Of a stretch of DNA of 64,000 nucleotides, positions 1-13,407 are shown in pieces. A model generated the notes under the pieces. That model saw only the letters and a list, made by a program, of their open reading frames with translations, did no database searches and had not been told where the DNA came from. The DNA is from Mobula hypostoma (lineage: Eukaryota). A program made the translations under genes and the position numbers. The stretch spans positions 208,444,001 through 208,508,000 of the forward strand of contig NC_086098.1 of assembly GCF_963921235.1 (NCBI RefSeq), in the 5' to 3' direction. Position 1 is the stretch's first letter, and each line of letters opens with the position of its first letter.

Positions 1-1609
1 CTAGAAAAATGTGAGTGATGAAATGTGAAATAGTTTTCCTTGAAAAGAAAGACAGATCTGAGACTTCCCTTATTATCAAAAATCAAAGAACTATGTAGAA
101 ACAGAAATATGAGTCCATGCAGAGGAATCACAGAAGGCATGAATGTCAAAAGTAGTTTTTATGACTAATTTATTACAGTCCAGAGAAACAGAATGGACTT
201 CCTGTTCCTTTAAACTGCTTTCCACATTGCCTATAACAAAACACTAAACACGTCACATACATAAACTACACAAATCCAATGAATGCAGGCTATTAAGGGT
301 TCTGCAGAAAAGTATTAATTGTACATTGAAATAAATTGCATTGAGCTAAAAAGGAGTTTCAGTAGGCAGGATGGCAGTATACTATAATTGTACAGAACTC
401 TGGTTAGACTGTGTTTAGATTACTACATTGTTAGGGCACAAGAATCCAAAGAATATACAAATATTATAGTAAGGTGGGTAGCATATTTAATACTCAATTA
501 TGGCCTAAAAGGATTCATTTATGAAAATAGATCACTCTAGCTCAAGTATCCTATATAGAATCATAGTAATTATTTAAGCAAGGTCATTTTTGACCTATTG
601 AGCCCACAACAGTTCTCTGCAATTTTAATGCAATTAGTTACTCCCCACAATCTTCTTTTCTCCTACAAATATCTACCCAATAATGCCCTTTTCAGAGTTT
701 CAATCAAACCTGCTTCACCACTTTCAGACAGTTATTCCACTTTCAGAAAGTTTATCATGACGGTCACCTTATTCTCTAGTTCTTGATCTTTCTAGCAATG
801 GAAACAACTATCCTTAACTCAATTTAGATCTCTGATAATTTTTTAACTATTTTAATTACATCACATCTCAATCTTCTCTGGTTCAAGAAAATGAGTCATA
901 GTTTATTATACCAAATACAGAATATTAAGTGATGATCAAATAGAGATGTTAAGGTAACTGATGGGGAAAAATCCTGAACACAAAGGCCTGACTTTCAGAC
1001 TTGTACAATTCAAAGGTGATGTTATTTATGAAGACAAGGGAAATTTTAATTTCTCTTACAATCAGTTTGAGCCCAAGTCCACTAAATATAACAAAACTTG
1101 GATATATTCTTGCTGGGTAGCTATGAAGCAACAGAACTTTAATTCATTCAAGAAGGCCAAAGTTAAATACTTCCATTCATATCAACTGCATTACAGATTG
1201 TCAAAAATATTATTGTGGACTGCATAAATTGTGTCAGTATATAGATTCTAGATACATAAATAAAATTCCACAGAAAGGTACAAATTGTGTATGGAAACAT
1301 TCTGCATTCACTTACAGTAAACAGGAAATTCCATTTCCAAAATGTTTAGTACAGTTGTAACATATTCACAAGCTATCCCTCTGAGTTGGCCTACATTCCT
1401 TCCTCAAACATCCTAGCAGGTTGGATGGTTATTGTCACATGTCTGTCTGTAGCAAATTGTTTCTGACTGCCACATTTACCATTATTACATATTAGAAAGT
1501 ATGTCTTTAGCTGTGAAGCAATAGGAACATTGTGAAAGCTTCATTATAAATTCAGGAGTATAGTCACTACCTCATAATTCTATGCCACGCACTACAAACA
1601 GCAGAAGCC

Positions 1610-1615
1610 TTTATT
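1610..1615 (-). promoter_or_regulatory. Candidate SPATA2 polyadenylation signal
   Basis: AATAAA on minus strand ~1 kb after the stop codon, followed by a GT-rich tract. Alternative AATAAA hexamers occur at ~1644 and ~2119. Confidence 0.35.
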
Positions 1616-2628
1616 GATTTTTGATCTGAGTTGAGTCAGATCTTTTATTCCTTATGCACACTTTCCATTAAGACAAAAGAAATCTGATAAGCTCCCAGTA
1701 ATGACAAGACGCAATATAAACACACCCCTAAGAGTCAGTGACTTTGCAAGCAGAACAAGTATAAAAATAACATCTTACAGTTACCTTAGTGTTAAGTGAT
1801 GTATTAAAGCCAATGCTGAAAGATCAATTGAACTTGACACAAGGTTATACTTAACAGAAGTTTAACTTGTTAAAATCAAAATGGCAAAAAATATGCATTG
1901 CGAATGGAACACATTAAATTTAGTTCAGTGTCAGAGATCTGGTGTACATGGCATTCCAGCTATGGAAAAAAGGTCTATGAACTTCACAATGTCTTTAAAA
2001 AGTGCTCTCAGTAATGTAAACACATAAAAGAATAATTCAGAGTATGTGTTTATCCAAGTTCATACACAATTCAACCTTGGGCTAAGACAAACCCTCAAAA
2101 TTTAGCAGTGCCAAATGTTTTATTCATATAAGCAGTCAAAAAATTATTTAAGTTTTCAACAAAAAAATTAGCCCAAAGCAAGATAGGGACGTCTTTCAGA
2201 AAACACACTTGTTCACCTATTGCAAGTAAAAAATAATTATGAAACACCATCACATTAGAAAAAGACAAAAGGAAAATTGCACATCAATACCAAGGCTTGT
2301 TTATATAAACATTTGACAGCTTTATGTTAAATCCAACATCAACTGTTCACCCTTTCACTTGTAGTTACAAATGGTTTTGCTCAAGATTCTAGAGTACCCT
2401 CTTCTGCATCGCTGGTATGAATTAAAGCAGCTTTTATGTACACATATCAGCCCTTGAAAAATATAGCAGCAGTTTAAATACCTTAAGGTGCATATTGTAG
2501 GACAAGAGATCACAGTGAGCAATTATATGTCAACAAAATTTTCATTCTACAATCTGCCAGCTTTCAATATATTCCTTGCATAGATTTTTCCAGGGCTGAT
2601 CATGCATCATTATTTCATATTATACAAT

Positions 2629-3873
2629 TTATCTGTATACAGAATAATTTTTACTAGATTTGAAACTGAGCTGGCTGTTGGGAAAGAAGTTGTGCGACTT
2701 ATTTTTGCTGCATAAATCCAAATGATAACCACTTTTACAATCATTACAGGAGACCTTAGAACAGTTCATACAAGTGAACTTTGCACCAGGTTTGTCACAA
2801 AATCCACAGCGCAATATATTGGTACTCTTGGAACTGGGTAAGTGCTCTTGATATGGTGATGTGGTACCATGTGCACATTTCTCTTTCAGTGCAGAAGTTG
2901 CAGACAGGTCAGTTTGAAAAGATGAAGAACGTGCTAAGATACTCAATGCTTTTGGATATTCATGTCTACAAGGGCACTGGCTACAAAGAACATTGTCACA
3001 TTTTTGGCAACTTGAGGTTCCACTAGATATTCCACACATTTGGCACTTCAATGCAACTGTGCTTGCTAAACTTTCTTTGGTAGTACGTGGAGTTTCATGG
3101 TACATAGCTCTTGCTTCATTACTTTTTATCAACCTTGTACTGTGACTGTTTGCTGTTTCTGTCCATCTTTGTGGTAAAGTGCTTCTGGGATCTTCAGCTG
3201 TGTAAAGATCCAAATCATCAAGTGTATGGTAAGGAGTGTTAAAATTGGATTCTGCTCTCCAGCTACCATTGGGAGATTGCAAGTATTCCTCTGAGCCGCC
3301 ACGAGGGGAACTTGACATAGCAAGAAGTGACGGAGTAGGACGAAAAATTTCATCAGTTATGTCATCAGAAGAATCATAAACTGTTTCCTTTTTACGATGT
3401 CCAGGTGTCAAATGAATTTTATTTAACTGCTTTTCCAAAGTTTCATCATTATCGACAGGTGAAGCTTTGTACATCAAGTGTTTCCCAAAATTGTTTGTTA
3501 ACCGTTCATTGTCTGATCGGCGGAAGTCCATTTGAACCATTGATGTATGCAAGCCTTCCATTGATCTTCGTTGTCTTTTCATGGCGTCAATGCAACCTCT
3601 CACATCATCTGTGCTGTTCTTACGTTCTTGCACTACATTAAGCTCTGAATAACCCCTCATTTTAATTTGTGAATAAATTTCAAGTAAATTCTCACACTCA
3701 ATTCCAGCCAAGAAAAGTTCAAAAGAAATGAATTTCACATGATTAGTGTTTACTTTGCTTTTCAGTTCATACATTTCCTTTTCATAGTCATATCCTATAA
3801 AATACAGGATATTAAATACATCATCTTCACACATTGCGGATTTGATATAGTAGACAAAATGCCCTGTAAAAGT
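2629..3873 (-). CDS. SPATA2: SPATA2 last coding exon (rest of PUB domain, HOIP-binding PIM, C-terminal Cys-rich/PHD-like zinc finger)
   Basis: Acceptor ttttctttctgttgtag|ACT at 3874/3873 extends the 401-aa ORF to TFTGHFVYYIKSAMCEDD..., in phase 0 with the upstream exon. Contains DDLDLYTAED (PIM-like DLYT) and RCGFCDKPGAKFTCMNCSKVSCNDC...H, ends ...SVYR*. Spliced product is 517 aa. Confidence 0.95.
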   Translation of the reverse strand, partial: TFTGHFVYYIKSAMCEDDVFNILYFIGYDYEKEMYELKSKVNTNHVKFISFELFLAGIECENLLEIYSQIKMRGYSELNVVQERKNSTDDVRGCIDAMKRQRRSMEGLHTSMVQMDFRRSDNERLTNNFGKHLMYKASPVDNDETLEKQLNKIHLTPGHRKKETVYDSSDDITDEIFRPTPSLLAMSSSPRGGSEEYLQSPNGSWRAESNFNTPYHTLDDLDLYTAEDPRSTLPQRWTETANSHSTRLIKSNEARAMYHETPRTTKESLASTVALKCQMCGISSGTSSCQKCDNVLCSQCPCRHEYPKALSILARSSSFQTDLSATSALKEKCAHGTTSPYQEHLPSSKSTNILRCGFCDKPGAKFTCMNCSKVSCNDCKSGYHLDLCSKNKSHNFFPNSQLSFKSSKNYSVYR

Positions 3874-4071
3874 CTACAACAGAAAGAAAAGTTGATGAAT
3901 CATATTCTTAATCACATTACAATTGTTAACTTTCCCTACAATCTACATAGTCATTTTCCTGTAGCTATACTAAGTTGGGAAGGCAAATTGATAAAACAGG
4001 CATTAACTAGGAACGTTTCAAACTTGAACTCAACTATGAATGTGGAAAATTGGTAAGTTATTAACAACTTA

Positions 4072-5676
4072 CAGTGCTTTGAAAAAGTATTCAGCCCCCA
4101 CAACTAGCTTCACATATTACTACCTCATTTTCTAACTTTAAAATATATTGAAGTAGGATTTTTGAGCTAATCTACAAAACATTGTGCATGATGTCAAATC
4201 AAATGAAAAATTCTAAAGCCTTTCAACAATTCACTAAAAATTAGAAACCCAAATTGTGAGGCTGAAAAAGTATTTTCATCCCCTTTGTAATTACCACACT
4301 AACTTCCTCAATAGCAATTTATTACCTGACCAACTCACCCAGGCCAGGTGGAGAAGGAGAGAGGGGCGAGGGGGGAGAGGAGAGAGAAACTTGCTGATGT
4401 AAAAAAATTGGGAGGATCATCTGTTTTCAATGATTTCATAAGAACAAATAACGACTCTCTGTGAGGACAAACAGTATGATAGATTTTCAACAGAACAAAC
4501 CAAAATGAAGTCAAAAGAGCATTCAAGACAAGTCAGGGAAATGATAATAGTGAAACACAAATCTGGGGAAAGGTACAAGACCATCTCAAAGGCACTGTAC
4601 ATACCTCAGAGCTCAGTGTAATCCATCATGAAAAAGTGGAAAAATATGAAGCCAGTCAGTCTGCCTAAATCAGGCTACCCCTCCAAACATAGTTGCTGGA
4701 GAAGAATGGCACTTGTGAGAGACAACTGTGACGCCAAGTCACTGAGCGAGCTGCAAGATGCAACTGGAGATGAAGCTCAAAGCTCCAGAATCTCTAGCAG
4801 AAAAAGAGTATTTATGGAAGAATGGCAAGGAGAAAGCCTGGCTTTAAGAAAAAGCATACCCATGCCTATAAAGACTTTTCAAAGCATCATTTAAAAGATG
4901 CTGTAAAGATGTGGAAGAAGGTCTTGTGGTTGGAAGAGACAAACGTGGAACTTTCTGGCCTCAAAACTAAGCAGAATGCATAACATAAATCTAATACTGC
5001 GCATCAGCCAGGGAACATCATCCCTGCGGTAAAATATGGTGGAAATAGCACCAAGCTATAGGGATGCTTTTCAGCAGGAGGGGCTATGAATCTAGTCAAG
5101 ACTGATGGGAAGATGAATGCTGCTAAATACAGAGATTCCAAACCTCTGACACAAAGCTTAAACTGGGGAGGAAATTCATCTTTCAGCAGGACAACTCAAA
5201 GCACACTGCCAGAGCAACTATGGAGTGTCTTCAAATTAAGAAAATTGATGTCCTTGAGTGGCCCAGTCAGAACCCTGACCTTAAACTGATCAAACTTCTC
5301 TGTCAAGACCTCAAGGTTGCTGTCCACTGCCGCTCCCCAACTAACCTGGCAAAGTGAAGAATGGGCATATCTTGTTCCATCACATTGTGCAAAGCTAATA
5401 GAGATCAATTCAAAAACACTACTGGCTGTAATAAGATATGAGAGGTGGATCAACTGAATACTGAGCAAAGAATAATAAATACTTTTGAACTGCTGACATT
5501 TCAGTTCTTGTATTTTTAGTTTTTTATGCTTTATCCCTGATTTTTGGGCTCTATTATGAAAAAGGAACATGTGACTCACTAATAAAAGTGCTCAGATAAA
5601 TTAATCAAAATCCCTGGTGTTAATACTCATTTATGTGAACAAAGGGTTAGGAGCTGAATACTTTTTCAAGGCACTG
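4072..5676 (+). mobile_element. Full-length but decayed Tc1/mariner DNA transposon in SPATA2 intron
   Basis: TA flanks at 4070-4071 and 5677-5678. 24-bp TIRs CAGTGC(T/C)TTGAAAAAGTATTCAGC with 1 mismatch. Frameshifted transposase pieces (GERYKTISKAL, KYGGNS..., EWPSQ...DL) at ~4505-5450. Confidence 0.92.
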
Positions 5677-6649
5677 TATGTTCCATAAAAACAAAGCAGG
5701 AATGCCTTTCCTACATTGAGGACATCTTGTTGCCAAAGTATAAATATACAGATAAAACATTTGCTCTAAAATGATAACACTCCATGCTGAGTAGGCACAT
5801 TTTTATGTCTGCCTAGGTTTCACCTGAGTGCTCCATTTTTCTCCCACATGCCAAAGATTTAATGATTGGTATGTTGAGTAGTTACTGTACATTGGCCCTA
5901 ATATAGATGCATCACAGAGAATCAGGGGAGCTGACAAAGATGCAAGAGGGAAAAATGGGTTTAGTATAAATGGATATGTAATGATTGGTGCGAATGAGGT
6001 CAGCTGAAGGGCCTGTTTTCATTCTTCTACAGTTACCGAGGGAATTAAATAATTTAAGCTCATTTTAAAACTCAGAACTTAATTCCACTATCCCCATAAC
6101 TCACAGGCCCCTCAGCTCCTTTTATAGTCTGACTATGAGATGACAATTGCTATTTCCTTAGTCTTTTCTTTGTTCTCTCAGCTCCTTTCTTCTGTTTTCT
6201 ATTTTTGTAACATTTAATGAGCGTAAGCAACAATTTTTATGCCTAACTCTTCATTTCCAAAGTACCTTCCGATCACAAAAGTATCAGGTCTGACACAGTG
6301 AAACAGGTGAATTTATTAAACTGCCATGCAACAGCTCAAAAAGGTGAATTTAAGATGTGTTCGTGTTTGAAAAGGACCATCAGATAGCCCAGAAAATTTG
6401 AAGGTCCTGCTCAGCAATATCACATCTCTAAAGGGTATTGTGCTGTAACACAGCCAATTCCAATTATTCCATTAATGCATTTTTATATATGTGCAGTGCA
6501 AGCAGAGCATCTTGTAATGCTGTGAGTATAGAGAGAGAAAGCCATTAAAAGGCATAATAGTGAATAAGAGAATATTAAATTTGAGTAGAACTTGTAATTA
6601 GGATGTGTTACAAATACAGCTTCATACAAAATAAACTGATACCTACAAA

Positions 6650-7826
6650 CTCAAACACGAGGAAATCTGCAGATGCTGGAAATTCAAGCAACACGCAGCA
6701 GGCCAGGCAGCATCTATAGGAAGAGGTACAGTCAACGTTTCGGGCCAAGACCCTTCATCAGGACTAACTGAAAGGAGAGGTAGTAAGAGATTTGAAAGTG
6801 GGAGGAGGAGAGGAAGATACAAAATGATAGGAGAAGACAGGAGGGGGAGGGATGGAGCTAAGAGCTGAAAAGTTGATTGGCAAAAGGGATATGAGAGGCT
6901 AGAGAAGAGAGAGGATCATGGGACGGGAGGCCTAGGATGAAAGAAAGGGGGGAGGGGGAATCCCAGAGGATGAGAGGGAGAGAGGGAGAAAAGAGTGAAA
7001 AAAAAGGGGAAGGAAAGAAAGAAAAGTAAGTAAGTAAATAAATAAATAAGGGATGGGGTACAAAGGGGAGGTGGGGCATTAATGGAAGTTAGAGGATTCA
7101 ATGTTCATGCCATCAGGTTGGAAGCAACCCAGACGGAATATAAGGTGTTGTTCCTCCAACCTGAGTGTGGCTTCATATTGACAGTAGAGGAGGCAATGGA
7201 GAGACATATCAGAATGGGAATGGGATGTGGAATTAATAATGGGTCCTGACGAAGGGTCTCGGCCTGAAACGTCGACTGCGCCTCTTCCTATAGATGCTGC
7301 CTGGCCTGCTGCGTTCACCAGCAACTTTGATGTATGTTGCTTGAATTTCCAGCATCTGCAGAATTCCTGTTGTTTGTGGAATTAAAATGTGTGGCCGCTG
7401 GGAGATCCTGCTTTCTCTGGCGGACACAGCGTAGGTGTTCAGCGAAACGACCTCCCAGCCTGCATTGGGTCTCGCCTATAGAAGGCCGCATTGGGAGCAC
7501 CGGACGCAGTATATCACCCCAGCCGACTCACAGGTGAAGTGTCGCCTCACCTGGAAGTACTGTCTGGGGCCCTGAATGGTGGTGAGGAAGTGTAAGGGCA
7601 TGTGTAGCACTTGTTCCACTTACAAGGATAAGTGCCGGGAGGGAGATCGGTGGGAAGGGATGGGGGGGGGGGAACGAATGGACAAAGGAGTCGCACAGGG
7701 AGCGATCCCTGCAGAAAGCAGAAAATGGGGGGGGGGGTGGAGAGAAGATGTGCTTAGTTGTGGGATCCCGTTGGAGGTGGCAGAAGTTACGGAAAAAGGA
7801 GGACATCTCCTTCGTCCTGGAATGAA
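6650..7826 (-). mobile_element. Penelope-like retroelement 3' fragment (GIY-YIG endonuclease remnant plus pseudo-LTR with hammerhead motif)
   Basis: Minus-strand ...IGETQCRLGGRFAEHLRCVR... and ...TLRLEEQHLIFRLGCFQPDGMNIE..., followed by a pyrimidine-rich pLTR with CTGATGA-stem-GAAACGTT at 6731-6764. Interrupted by a short pLTR insert at 7237-7374. Confidence 0.85.
7237..7374 (+). mobile_element. Short Penelope pLTR-derived insert with hammerhead core
   Basis: 11-bp TSD TGTGGAATTAA (7226-7236 / 7375-7385). Sequence is the reverse complement of the family seen at 6652-6764. Confidence 0.85.
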
Positions 7827-8069
7827 ATGATCTACAAGATCATTTTGGAGAACAGTGCAATAGTTCACCCAAAAAAAGACAGAATACTTGGATGAGAAAG
7901 AGCTGAAGAAAGGGTTAAGCCAAACTTAAGAGATAAAGGAATGAGCTTCTGACATTTTTCAGTGAAGATTAACCAATCTATCATGGTCAGGTAGGATGAT
8001 ACAACTGCAAACAATGATTCTCAGTGAAACTAAAGGGCAAATTAGTGGCAATAGTAGTTGTAGTGCAGA

Positions 8070-8450
8070 TAAACCTTTACATATTGGTACCAATGACATA
8101 GGTAGGAAAAGGAAGGAGGTCCTGAAAACAGACTACAGGGAGTTAAGAAGTAAGTTGAGAAGCACAACCTCAAAGGTAATAATCTCTGGATTACTGCCTG
8201 TGCCACGCAACAGTGGGTATAGGGATAGAGTGAGGTGGAGGATAAATGCATGGCTGAAGTGGCAATTCTGGACTAAACCTGAATCAATGAAGGATGATCG
8301 ACAGTTGTGGCAAGGCTTGAATGGCATCACCTCTTACAAAGTAAAATCAAGTAACATAGGTAAAAACAGGGCTTCGCTTCTAGATGAGCTCAGTACTTGC
8401 TATGCTTGCTTTGACTGTCAAAACATGAAGGAATCGTCACAAACCGTGCA
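8070..8450 (+). mobile_element. Adjacent CR1 ORF1 (esterase) fragment and Rex1/Babar fragment
   Basis: HIGTNDIGRKRKEVLKTDYRELR...ISGLLPVP (near-identical to 9247-9425), then WQGLNGITSYK...ASLLDELSTCYACF. Confidence 0.65.
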
Positions 8451-8499
8451 GGCACATGGATGTCAGCGAGTTAGACAGGTGGGAAGAATTTAAAAAGAA

Positions 8500-11400
8500 G
8501 ACAGCTTTATGGAGTGGGTGTCAGAGAAGTGGATGACAGAGTACAGGGGGAGTCAGAGTAGGAGGGCTTTGGCTCAACGGAGCTCTGACAATAATGGATC
8601 AAGGAGGGGTAAGTTACTTCCTGTTCTTAACAAATATGTCTGTGAGGCCGGTATTCTGTACCAGGTGTCGGATGTGGGATGTCCAGGAGACTCCCAGCCT
8701 CCCAGATAGCCACATCTGTGCCAGGTGCATCGAGCTGCAGCTCCTTAGGGACAGTGTTAGGGAACAGGCAATGCAGCTCGATGACCTTCATCTGGTCAGG
8801 GAAAGTGAAGAAGTGATAGAGGGGAGCTATAGGCAAGTAGTCACACCGGGGCCTTGGGAGACAGACAAGTGGGTAACAATCAGAAGAGGGAAGGGGAAGA
8901 GTCAGGTACTAGAGAGTAACTCTGTGGCTATCCACCTCAACCATAAGTACTCCTGTTTGAGTACTGTTTGGGGCGGGGGACGGACGGTTGACCTGGGAGA
9001 AGCAACAGCGGTCGTGCCTCTGGCATAGAGTCCGGCCCTGTGGCTCAGAAGGGTAGGGAAAGGAAGAGGAAGAGGATGGCAGCAGTGATACGGGACTCCA
9101 TAGTTAGGGGGTCAGACATGCGATTCTGTGGACGCAGGAAAGAAACACAGATGGTAGTTTGCCTCCCAGGTGCCAGGGTCTGGGATGCTTCTGATCGCAT
9201 CCACGATGTCCTGAAGTAGGAAGGTGAACAGCCAGAGGTCCTGGTACATATTGGTACCAATGACATAGGTAGGAAAATGGAGGAGGTCCTGAAAACAGAC
9301 TATAGGGAGTTAGGAAAGAAGCTGAGAAGCAGGACTGCAAAGGTAGTAATATCGGGATTACCGCCTGTGCCACACGACAGTGAATATAGGAATAGAGTGA
9401 GGTGGAGGATCTATGTGTGGCTGAGGGATTGGAGCAGGGGACAGGGGTTCTGGATCATTGGGACCTATTTTTGGGCAAGTGTGACCTGTACAAAAAGGTC
9501 AGGTTGCACTTGAATCGGAAGGGGGACCAATATCCAAGCAGGGAGGTTTGCTAAAGCTATTGGGGAGAGTTTAAACAATAACAGGGTTGCCATGGTGGGA
9601 GATTTTAATTTCCCCAATATTGACTGGCATCTCTCTAAAGCAAGGGGTTTTGATGGGGTGGTGTTTATTAGGTGTATTCAGGAAGATCTCCTGACACAAT
9701 ATGTGGATAAGCCTACAAGAGGAGAGGCTGTACTTGATCTGGTATTGAGAAATTAACCTGGTCAGGTGTCAGGTCTCAGTGGGAGAGCATGTTGGAGATA
9801 GTAATCACAATTCTATCTCCTTTACGATTGCATTAGAAAGGGATAGGAACAGACAAGTTAGGAAAGTGTTTAATTGGAGTGGAGGGAAATATGAAGCTAT
9901 CAGGCAGTTACTTGGAAGCATAAATTGGGAACAGATATTCTCAGGGAAGTGCAAGGTAGAAATGTGGCAAACGTTCAGGGGATATTTGTGTGACATTCTG
10001 CATAGGTACGTTCCAATGAGACAGGGAAAGGATGGTAGGAAACAGGAACCATGGTGTACAAAGGCTGTTGAAAATCCAGTCAAGAAGAAAAGAAAACCTT
10101 ACGAAAGGTTCAAAAAAAAACTAGGTAATGATAGAGATCAAGAAAATTATAAGGCTAGCAGGAAGGAGCTTAAGAATGAAATTAAGAGAGCCAGAAGGGG
10201 ACATGAGAAGGCCTTGGCAAGCAGGATTAAGGAAAACCCCAAAGCATTCTACAAGAATGTGAAGAGCAAGAGGATAAGATAAGTGTGTATGGAGATAGCA
10301 GAGGCACTTAATGAATACTTTGCTTCAGTGTTCACCACAGAAAAGGACCTTGGCTATTGTAGGGATAACACAGTGGACTGAAAAGCTTCAGCATTCAGAC
10401 ATTAAGAAAGAGGATATGCTGGAGCTTTTGGAAAGCATCAAGTTGGATAAGTCGCTGGGACTGGATGAGAAAAACTCCAAGCTACTGCGGGAGGCGAGGG
10501 AGATTACTGAGCCTCTGGCAATTATCTTTCTATGATCAATGGGGACGGAAGAGGTTCTGGAGGATTATCGGGTTGAAGACGTTGTTCCCGTATTCAAGAT
10601 AGGGAGTAGAGATAGCCCAGGAAATTATAGACCAGTGAGTCTTACTTCAGTGGTTGGTAAGTTGATGGAGAAGATCATGAGAGGCAGGATCTATGAACAT
10701 TCGGAGAGGCATAATATGATCAGGAATAGTCAGCATGGCTTTGTCAAAGGCAGGCCTTACGAGCCTGACTGAATTTTTTGAGGATGTGACTAAACACATT
10801 GATGAAGGTAGAGCAGTAGATGTAGTGTACAGTGGCATCGGAAAGTTTGGGCATCCCAGTCAAAATTTCTGTTACTGTGAATAGTTAAGTGAGTAGAAGA
10901 TGAACTGATCTCCAAAAGTCAAAGATGAAATATTCTTTTCAACATTTTAAGATTAGTATATTATTTTTGTTTTGTACAATTTTGTTGTACAAAAAGGAAA
11001 GGCGCACCATGCAAAAGTTTGGGCACCCCAAGAGATTTGAGCTCTCAGATAACTTTTACCAAGGTCTCAGACCTTAATTAGCTTCTTAGGGCTATGGCTT
11101 GTTCACAATCATCATTAGGAAAGCCCAGGTGATGCAAATTTCAAAGCTTTCTAAATACCCTGACTCCTCAAACCTTGTCCCAACAATCAGCAGCCATGGG
11201 CTCCTCTAAGAAGCTGCCTAGCACTCTGAAATTAAAATAAATGATGCCCACAAAGCAAAAGACTAAGAAGATAGCAAAGCGTTTTCAGGTAGCCATTTTC
11301 TCAGTTCATAATGTAATTAAGAAATGGCAGTTAACAGGAATGGTGGAGGTCAAGTTGAGGTCTGCAAGACCAAGAAAACTTTCCAAGAGAACTGCCCGTA

Positions 11401-13407
11401 GGATTGCTAGAAAGGCAAATCAACACCCCCATTTGACTGCAAAAGACCTTCAGGAAGATTTAGCAGACTCTGGAGTGGTGGTGCACTCTTCTACTGTGCA
11501 GTGACACCTGCACAAATATGACCTTCATGGAAGAGTCATCAGAAGAAAACCTTTCTCTCGTCCTCACCACAAAATTCAGCATCAGAAGTTTGCAAAGGAA
11601 CATCTAAACAAGCCTGATGCATTTTGGAAACAAGTCCTGTGGAGTGACGAACTTAAAATAGAACTTTTTGGCCGCAATGTTTGGAGAAAAAAAGGGCACA
11701 GAATTTCATGAAAAGAACACCTCTCCATCTGTTAAGCACGGGGGTGGATCGATCATGCTTTGGGCTTCTGTTGCAGCCAGTGGCACAGGGAACATTTCAC
11801 TGGTAGAGGGAAGAATGAATTCAATTAAATAACAGCAAATTCTGGAAGCAAACATCACACCATCTGTAATAAAAGCTGAAGATGAAAAGAGGATGGCTTC
11901 TACAACAGGATAATGATCCTAAACACACCTCAAAATCCACAATGGACTACCTCAAGAGGCGCAAGCTGAAGGTTTTGCCATGGCCCTCACAGTCCCCCGA
12001 CCTAAACATCATTGAAAATCTGTGGATAGACCTCAAAAGAGCAGTGCATGCAAGGTAGCCCAAGAGTCTCACAGAACTAGAAGCCTTTTGCAAGGAAGAA
12101 TGGGTGAAAATCCCCCAAACAAGAAGTGAAAGACTCTTAGCTGGCTACAGAAAGCATTTACAAGCTGTGATACTTGCCAGAGGGGGTATTACTAAATACT
12201 GACCATGCAGGGTGCCCAACTTTTGTTTTGGGCCCTTTTCCTTTTTCGTTATTTTGAAACTGTAAAAGATGGAAATAAAAAAGTAATCTTGCTTAAAATA
12301 TTAAAGAAATGTGTCATCTTTAACTTTATGCCTTTTGGAAATCAGGTCATCTTTTACTCGCTTAGCTATTCACAGTAACAGAAATTTTGACTGGGGTGCC
12401 CAAACTTTAGCATGCCATTGTATATGGTTTTCAGCAAGGCATTTGAGAAGGTACCCCATGCAAGGCTTATTGAGAGGGCTGTCAGAGGTTACAGCAGGAA
12501 ATCGATAGGATGCAAAACTGGGCTGAGAAGTAGTAGATGGAGTTCAACACAAATAACTGTGAGGTGGTTCACTTTGGTAGGTCAAATATGATGGCAGAAT
12601 ATAGTATTAATGGTAAGACTCTTGGCAGTGTGGAGGATCAGAGGGATCTTGGGGCCCAAGTCCATAGTACACTCAAAGCTGCTGCGCAGGATGACGACAT
12701 GGTTAAGAAGGCATACGGTGCATGGCCACCATCAACCGTGGGATTGCATTTAAGAGCCGAGAGGTAATGTTACAGCTATATAGGACCCTGGTCAGACCCC
12801 ATTTGGAGTTCTGGTCACCTCACTACAGGAAGGATGTGGAAACTACAGAAAGGATGCAGAGGAGATTTACAAGGATGTTGCTTGGATTGGGGAGCATGCC
12901 TTACGAAAATAGGTTGAGTGAACTCAGCCTTTTCTCCTTAGAACGGGGGAGGATGAGAGGTGACCTGGTATAGGTGTACAAGATGATGAGAGGCACTGAT
13001 CATGTCGAGAGTCAGAGGCTTTTTCCCCAGGGTTGAGGTGAAATGGCTAACCTGAGAGGGCACAGTCTTAAAGTGCTTCAAAGTCGGTATAGGGGTAACT
13101 TGCTGTTGTTGTTTTTTTTTAAAAAACACAGAGAGTGGCGAGTGCTTGGAATAGGCTGCCAGCGACGGTGGTGGAGGCAGGTACGATAGGGTCTTTTAAG
13201 GGACTCCTGGATAGATACATGGAGCTTTAAAAAATAGAGGGCTATGGGTAACCGTAGGTAATTTCTAAAGTAAAGATAGATAGATATATTTTATTGATCC
13301 CGAAGGAAATTGGGTTTCGTTACAGCCGCACCAACCAAGCACATGTCCGGCACAGCACTGTGGGCCAAAGGGCCTGTACTGTGCTGAAGGTTTTCTGGCG
13401 TTTCTAT
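8500..13407 (+). mobile_element. Near full-length, internally deleted CR1 LINE (ORF1 zinc finger + SGNH esterase; ORF2 APE/RT), interrupted by a Tc1 element
   Basis: FCTRCRMWD...HICARC, RDSIVRG, HIGTNDIG, VGDFNFPNIDW, PGNYRPVSLTSVVGKLME, AVDVV/Y..FSKAF, LYRTLVRPHLE, CR1 3' tail GGGCCAAAGGGCCTGTACTGTGCTG. Confidence 0.9.
10830..12420 (+). mobile_element. Tc1/mariner DNA transposon with long IR/DR-type inverted repeats
   Basis: TA duplication (10828-29 / 12421-22). Termini CAGTGGCATCGGAAAGTTTGGGCATCCCAGTCAAAATTTCTGTTACTGTGAATAG... match the reverse complement of 12290-12420. Inner repeat AAAGTTTGGGCACCC at ~11015 and ~12211. Transposase ~11196-12202 ([30 protein letters not shown]) with few stops/frameshifts. 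Confidence 0.95.

Noticed and set aside
1330-1560. Deu-domain SINE remnant (also ~38490-38875)
   Set aside because: Resemblance to SacSINE/AmnSINE-type tails is too degenerate to support from memory alone.
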